Source: an uncultured virus (IMG/VR IMGVR_UViG_3300044643_002701) (lineage: Duplodnaviria; Heunggongvirae; Uroviricota; Caudoviricetes). Taken from it: a DNA stretch of 64,000 nucleotides. The number at the start of each line of letters is the position of its first letter. Within the stretch, counting starts at the first letter, position 1. Under the pieces are notes generated by a model that saw nothing but the letters and a program-made list of their open reading frames with translations, did no database searches and was not told the DNA's origin. The DNA is taken from the IMG/VR virus record IMGVR_UViG_3300044643_002701; one strand, 5' to 3'. A program made the position numbers and the translations under genes. Positions 58,838 through 64,000 of the stretch are shown here, in pieces.

Positions 58838-59587
58838 ATGAATGCGAAAATTATTAAAACCCTAACTAAAAGACTAGAGGGCTCAAAAATCTTACCCTAT
58901 ATAAAGGTTAATAGTGTGGATGATTATTTTAATTTGCCAAGTTCAGAACGCGAAAGGTGGGGTCTTTATAGACGGCCATTTGCATTGCCATGTGAATGGC
59001 TAGAAACTCGAATGGGCAAAAAGAGCGGCGCACTAAAACCAGAAAAGAAGGGCTGGAATTCTTGGCGTGAACAAATTAAGCGCGAATACCCTGTTCAGTG
59101 GTTCCTGCGTGAATGGTGCTTTAGTTACGAAAATCCAGTTTATGCCTTTATTAAAAGCGTATACTTTGATTATACGGAAAAGAAATACGCAATAAAGCGT
59201 TTTATTAAACCTTTTTATCCACGCTTTCGCAAGTCAATGCCACGGCATAAATATATTGACGTATGCGAAGCTCTGAAGAGAGTTAATTTTGCACTTATTT
59301 TAGATTTTTGGCACGATGAAATGAGTAGTGGAACTGTTAACTGGGAAGACAATGCCCAGCATAAGAACTTCTATAAGCGAGTAGAGGCACTAGTTAAATA
59401 TATTGAAGTTGACCGTCCTGCGTTAGAAAAGAAGGCAGATGACGCGCTGACGGTGGCGACCAACAAAAAGACCGGAACGTATGAACAACGTTATTCAAAA
59501 TACAATGCAATAGAAGCGAAGATTGCACAAAAAGATACGGATCTTTTAGTATGGGCCATGCAAAATCGTGAGATGTTTTGGACTTAA
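58838..59587 (+). CDS. Hypothetical protein
   Basis: Promoter TTGACA-N17-TATCAT at 58803-58831. Confidence 0.6.
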   Translation: MNAKIIKTLTKRLEGSKILPYIKVNSVDDYFNLPSSERERWGLYRRPFALPCEWLETRMGKKSGALKPEKKGWNSWREQIKREYPVQWFLREWCFSYENPVYAFIKSVYFDYTEKKYAIKRFIKPFYPRFRKSMPRHKYIDVCEALKRVNFALILDFWHDEMSSGTVNWEDNAQHKNFYKRVEALVKYIEVDRPALEKKADDALTVATNKKTGTYEQRYSKYNAIEAKIAQKDTDLLVWAMQNREMFWT

Positions 59588-59591
59588 TACC

Positions 59592-60605
59592 ATGAGTAAT
59601 GTTCTATTAATAGAAAGTTGCGAAAAAAAGACTATAGAAGAAAACTTTTCTAATACTTCTATAGTACATGTAAGAAATTCGCTAATCTTGAAGAAAGAAC
59701 TTGGCTATGAGCTAGTTACTCATATGTCACAAATACCCAATGCTCTAGAAAAACAATGGGATCATATAGTTTGCTGTTACGCTTCTCCTTACATGAAGTA
59801 CAAAGCATACATGGATATTATTGATAATAATCCTAATGCAAAACTATGGTTCCTAGTAAATGATTATGACCTAGAGGACAACGTATTATTACGAAACGTG
59901 GTAAAGAAATATCACAAAAAATACAATGTTATCTGCAATACAGAAAGATCTGGATACCGCCATTGGATCCTAGGCAAAAAGCTTGAAGAAAAAAAGTTGA
60001 ACGACTGGATTGATGAGTGGCACGTTGCAAATTTAAATTGTTTAATTTTTAATTATAAAAACAATACTGAGCAGTCTTTGGCAAATAAAAGTAATTGTAT
60101 ATATTTTGGAACGCCTAGAAAGCATAGGTATAAGGACATGGTGGCCTTTAATGGCATCGAAGATTACTACATATCCTCTTCGGCAAAAAACCAGCTAAAA
60201 TACACAAACGCCGGGATTGAGGCTCAGTATATAGATAAACTCGACTGGACTACTGGCAATGAAACCTTGAATGAATATAAATACTCAATATATTTTGAAG
60301 ACGTTCATACGCATAATGTATATTCCGGATTAGCGAATAGGTTCTACGAATGTCTAATGTGTGATGTGGTTTTGTTTTTTGACGCTAAATGCGAAAAAAC
60401 AGTTCAGAAAGCAAGAGATCACGGCTATAAAATTAGCGATTTTCTACTAGTCAAAGATGCCAAAGATTTAAATTCTAAAATACAATTAATGAATAAAAAT
60501 CACGAGTTGTATCTAGAGGTATTCAATGCGCAAAGAGAGAATATAGACGTTGCCATAGTAGATAGGAACATCTGTTTGGATAAAATCAATAAGATTCTTT
60601 CTTAA
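59592..60605 (+). CDS. GT-B glycosyltransferase resembling T4 DNA beta-glucosyltransferase
   Basis: IYFGTPRKHR and SIYFED..LANRFYECLMCDVVLFFD resemble the recalled BGT motifs IYGGSFRSGQR and ITLRVWETMASDAVMLID; likely start 59592. Confidence 0.55.
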   Translation: MSNVLLIESCEKKTIEENFSNTSIVHVRNSLILKKELGYELVTHMSQIPNALEKQWDHIVCCYASPYMKYKAYMDIIDNNPNAKLWFLVNDYDLEDNVLLRNVVKKYHKKYNVICNTERSGYRHWILGKKLEEKKLNDWIDEWHVANLNCLIFNYKNNTEQSLANKSNCIYFGTPRKHRYKDMVAFNGIEDYYISSSAKNQLKYTNAGIEAQYIDKLDWTTGNETLNEYKYSIYFEDVHTHNVYSGLANRFYECLMCDVVLFFDAKCEKTVQKARDHGYKISDFLLVKDAKDLNSKIQLMNKNHELYLEVFNAQRENIDVAIVDRNICLDKINKILS

Positions 60606-60612
60606 AGAATGC

Positions 60613-60852
60613 TTAGTATAGTTTATTCTTAATAAAATTTACTGCTTCAATAAAATTATTAATTTTAGAATCGGAAATACGATTTTCATTAATCTTATTT
60701 ACTAAAGTAATATCACCTAGTGGATCTAAATAGAAACTTAAATGAAATGCGTTTTCTGAAAAGTTAATTGTAATTTCTTGTTTTTTAAATAAATTTGTAC
60801 TAACTTCCTCGAACCCTAGTGATATTATATAATTATAAATAATTTCGTTCAT
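60613..60852 (-). CDS. Hypothetical protein
   Basis: 79 aa ORF. Confidence 0.45.
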   Translation of the reverse strand: MNEIIYNYIISLGFEEVSTNLFKKQEITINFSENAFHLSFYLDPLGDITLVNKINENRISDSKINNFIEAVNFIKNKLY

Positions 60853-60860
60853 AAACTTGA

Positions 60861-63800
60861 TTACACTCCAAATCCTTTAAAATTCTTATCTAAATTTCCG
60901 CTATAATCCATTGCGGCAGTTGAGCATCTGAAATCTGGATGACGAAGATTTGAAAATAGTCCATGAAAATAAATTCGGTCGTTATTAAATGAGGCGTCGT
61001 AAACAAACATATTTGCAGAACTTGATGCAGTGCCAAGCTCTTGATTAAGCTGGAATGCATTTGTTTGGTTATCTATCACAAAATCATAATTAGTAAGATT
61101 ATTTCCAGTTATTTTATCTTTTAAGGTAATAAAGGAATTTTGTGGAGAGGGTGAATTCATATGCCTATATTCCAACATGTCACCAAACTCTCCCACAGTG
61201 ATTAATTCATCTCCATATGTCTTTATGTCCCATATTTGACCGGGGAACTGATCTCCGAAACCAAATGGTGGACGTTCTCTAAACACGCTACCTGGGCCAG
61301 CGCCTCCGTAATTTCTAATTATATTACCACTTGTTAAACCTACTAAAAACACACCTCTAGGACTATTACTATCTCCAGAACCTCCTACTGATACAAGGTC
61401 TCCTCCTACAAATAAACCACTTGGATGAAGATGTAAAGCTGTAATTCCGTCAGTACCAAGAACATTTCTAGTATTATACCAATAAGAAGTATTTACAGTA
61501 TATCCAGAGAAAGGTCTGAATGTTGTTAAGTGTGCAGCTGTATTTGTATCAAATGCAGCTACTCCTACATATGCACTAACTGGCGCCGCTCCAAATTGTG
61601 ATGTTGTTCCAGCTGTGTATATAGTATTTCCAGTAATAGCCATTTTTCTTAACACTCCATTAAGAATGCTTGGATTATATGACTCTAAAGCACCGCCAGA
61701 AGCCGCCGAAACGTCAAATCTGCAAATTCTGTTTCTACTCAAACCACTTACCGTAGTGAAGTCACCACAAGCAAACATCTTATTACCACTAAACTGTAAA
61801 TCCCAAACATCAGCATTCATATTTGGGTTCCAGCTATCTAACGTGTTATCATTAAGATTAATTCTAGCAATTCTATTCCTTGCTGTTCCAAGTACAGATG
61901 TAAATGTGCCGCCAATATAAAGAAAATTATCTCTTCTTTTTATTGCAAAAACACTATTATTAACATTATAATCAATTCCTGAAATTCTCTGGTTATTTAA
62001 ATCAAACCATGCCACTCTATTTCTTGTAACTGTTGACTCATTACTTGTCGCAGGAGACATGTTTTGAACAAGTGTAAATTGTCCACCGATATACATAAAT
62101 CCAGACTCCAAGAAACTAGACAATATACCACCATTCCTAGTACAACGTGGCGCACCGTTATTAATATTACCAGTAACGAGATTTCCAGAATCCAAGTTAT
62201 AAGCAAGTTGATTGGCATAGGGTGTGAAATTTTGATTCCCTACGGATATACCTAAACTATTAAATGTTCCGTTGATATATGCATTATTATTATATATTTC
62301 TATAGTTCTACCAGCACCTACTTGGTTAAGCATTAAACTCAAAACAGGAGTGTCTAAAAGTGTTCCACTTTGAATACTAAACGTAGCTATACCACCCCTT
62401 CTTTCTCCAGCATGTGCAAAACTTCCGCAAACTAAAACGCCAGATGGGGTTACTCTAATATTGGTAGGTTCTCTAGGCAATTTTGGATCCCATGCTAATA
62501 ATCCTGTATTATTTAAATTAATTGCCGCGCCGAAGTTTCTTTCTTGACCCAAGACTCTTCTAAATGCCCCACCTATATACAATGTATTAGTACTTGTATC
62601 AATATCCATTGCCTTAACTTCACGATCAAGGTTTAAATTAAAATTTGTAATTGAATTGTTTTGTAAATCTAAACAGAACAGACCATTCCTACTAAGGCCA
62701 CTTACCGTACCAAAAGTGCCACCAACATAGAGTCTGTCATTTTGCCTGCGCATACACGAAATAACGGAATTAGAACTTGGTCCGGTTTTATTAGAATTAA
62801 AGCCAAAGTTTTGAACTATTTCAAAATTTGTTCCATATCTCACTTGATTAGTATTTATATCAATACCAGCAAAAGACCTAATTCTATTTGGAACCGAACC
62901 AGAAACAAAATTTCCACCCATAAATAGAACATTACCACTTTTTTCTAAACATAAAATGTCGGTGTTAACGCCAAGATCAACATTGAAATTTGTAGTTAAC
63001 CCACCAGTTCTCAAGTCTACAATCGCCACAGAATTTCTAATACCCGTAGTAAGTGTTGGCGAGTTTACGCTATTGAATCTACCACCAATTGCCAAAGTAT
63101 TATCTCCAGTATCTAAATGCATAGACCAAATCCCCTGCGCAAGATTATTTGACGAATAATTACTTGTTGGCGCGCTAACCATTTGAATATTTGGATTCCA
63201 GTCTAGAATTCTATTTGTATTCAGATCTACAGCAAAAGCATTATTTCTTTTTATTTTTTCGATAAATCCGCCATGACTTCTTCCAAAAATTAGCATGTTA
63301 TTACCACGTTTTTGATAAGAATCAAATAAAAGTCCATTACTTCCATGATAGTAACTATTACCACCACAACCTTGACTTAATCCAGTGTGTATTGTCAGAC
63401 CACTCACATTGTCTATAATGTAAGGTGGATTTACAGGATTATGATCATTTGCTATTAATGTTGGATTTGATGTTGAGTTATTAACTCTATATGTCCAAAG
63501 TTTAGACTGATCACCCCTCAAATCCACAATAACCTTGTTTCCAAACTCGTTTACATATCCACACAAACCCAATGGCAAAATAGAATTTGGTCTGAATCCC
63601 GTCATTATTACTCCATTTTCATAATCAACTCTACATAAAAATTGGTAATTGCCACCAGTTCCGGCTACGGTTGTAAAATCTCCACCAATGTAAAGGCCGC
63701 TTACGCCAGTATTCATTGATCTAACAATTCCATTTAAGTTAGGATTAAATGGTAATAAAGTCATATCCGGAAATGTAACTGCGGCAATTCTATTCCTAGT

Positions 63801-63998
63801 AACCCCACCAACTGTGGTAAAAGTTCCATTAAAGTAAATTTTATTACCAGAACGTATCATGCTATAAATTTCACCATTTGGGCCAGCCGCAGAAGTAAAT
63901 CCCGTAATTGCTGTACCGCTAACATAATCTAAACAAACTATACGGTTCCAACTTCCACCTGCGGCTGTTGTAAAATTTCCACAAACCCAAACGCCAGT
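60861..63998 (-). CDS. Large beta-propeller (delta-60-like) repeat protein, probably virion-associated; 5'-truncated
   Basis: Repeats LYIGGxFTxVxGxxRNRIA..WNPN; frame is open to the window end. Confidence 0.7.
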   Translation of the reverse strand, partial: TGVWVCGNFTTAAGGSWNRIVCLDYVSGTAITGFTSAAGPNGEIYSMIRSGNKIYFNGTFTTVGGVTRNRIAAVTFPDMTLLPFNPNLNGIVRSMNTGVSGLYIGGDFTTVAGTGGNYQFLCRVDYENGVIMTGFRPNSILPLGLCGYVNEFGNKVIVDLRGDQSKLWTYRVNNSTSNPTLIANDHNPVNPPYIIDNVSGLTIHTGLSQGCGGNSYYHGSNGLLFDSYQKRGNNMLIFGRSHGGFIEKIKRNNAFAVDLNTNRILDWNPNIQMVSAPTSNYSSNNLAQGIWSMHLDTGDNTLAIGGRFNSVNSPTLTTGIRNSVAIVDLRTGGLTTNFNVDLGVNTDILCLEKSGNVLFMGGNFVSGSVPNRIRSFAGIDINTNQVRYGTNFEIVQNFGFNSNKTGPSSNSVISCMRRQNDRLYVGGTFGTVSGLSRNGLFCLDLQNNSITNFNLNLDREVKAMDIDTSTNTLYIGGAFRRVLGQERNFGAAINLNNTGLLAWDPKLPREPTNIRVTPSGVLVCGSFAHAGERRGGIATFSIQSGTLLDTPVLSLMLNQVGAGRTIEIYNNNAYINGTFNSLGISVGNQNFTPYANQLAYNLDSGNLVTGNINNGAPRCTRNGGILSSFLESGFMYIGGQFTLVQNMSPATSNESTVTRNRVAWFDLNNQRISGIDYNVNNSVFAIKRRDNFLYIGGTFTSVLGTARNRIARINLNDNTLDSWNPNMNADVWDLQFSGNKMFACGDFTTVSGLSRNRICRFDVSAASGGALESYNPSILNGVLRKMAITGNTIYTAGTTSQFGAAPVSAYVGVAAFDTNTAAHLTTFRPFSGYTVNTSYWYNTRNVLGTDGITALHLHPSGLFVGGDLVSVGGSGDSNSPRGVFLVGLTSGNIIRNYGGAGPGSVFRERPPFGFGDQFPGQIWDIKTYGDELITVGEFGDMLEYRHMNSPSPQNSFITLKDKITGNNLTNYDFVIDNQTNAFQLNQELGTASSSANMFVYDASFNNDRIYFHGLFSNLRHPDFRCSTAAMDYSGNLDKNFKGFGV

Positions 63999-64000
63999 TC

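Noticed and set aside
124..63159. Many short antisense or out-of-frame ORFs in the track (e.g. 497..769, 12955..13329, 28787..29155, 47230..47631, 53245..53592)
   Set aside because: They lie inside well-supported genes and show no motifs or promoters; only 17600..17785 was kept, because it has a paralog.
60861..63998. Diversity-generating retroelement target
   Set aside because: Repeats are protein-level propeller blades; no reverse transcriptase or adenine-variant nucleotide repeat pair was seen.
1..64000. Stop-codon reassignment as seen in some large phages
   Set aside because: Conserved genes are full length in the standard code, and TAA, TAG and TGA all end genes.
1..64000. tRNA, rRNA or CRISPR array
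   Set aside because: Intergenic gaps are short, and no cloverleaf or regularly spaced repeat-spacer pattern was seen by eye; tRNAscan was not run.

Overview
AT-rich 64 kb segment of a large tailed dsDNA phage genome (jumbo-like, standard genetic code, host unknown). Both ends are truncated virion-protein genes: a LamG-domain protein on + and a beta-propeller repeat protein on -. Between them lie a sigma factor, class Ia RNR, RecA, DnaB helicase, primase, a Cas4/AddB-like nuclease, ClpP and nucleotide-metabolism genes (ThyX, dCMP deaminase, dNMP kinase, MazG-like). The DNA polymerase III alpha appears as three consecutive genes: degenerate PHP, DEDDh exonuclease and catalytic core. A large glycan-biosynthesis set is present: Gmd, a ColD-like His-type dehydratase, a WbpB/D/E-like trio, and about 10 glycosyltransferases (GT4, GT9-like, GT17, GT60, T4 BGT-like). 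The structural proteins are strongly enriched in Ser/Thr-Gly dipeptides, a candidate glycosylation sequon. The 46.9-59.6 kb region is an array of small genes, many with their own sigma70 promoter placed for leaderless transcription, with repeated promoter cassettes and CpG-free patches. All functional calls come from motif recognition by eye and counts are by hand; no database searches were run.
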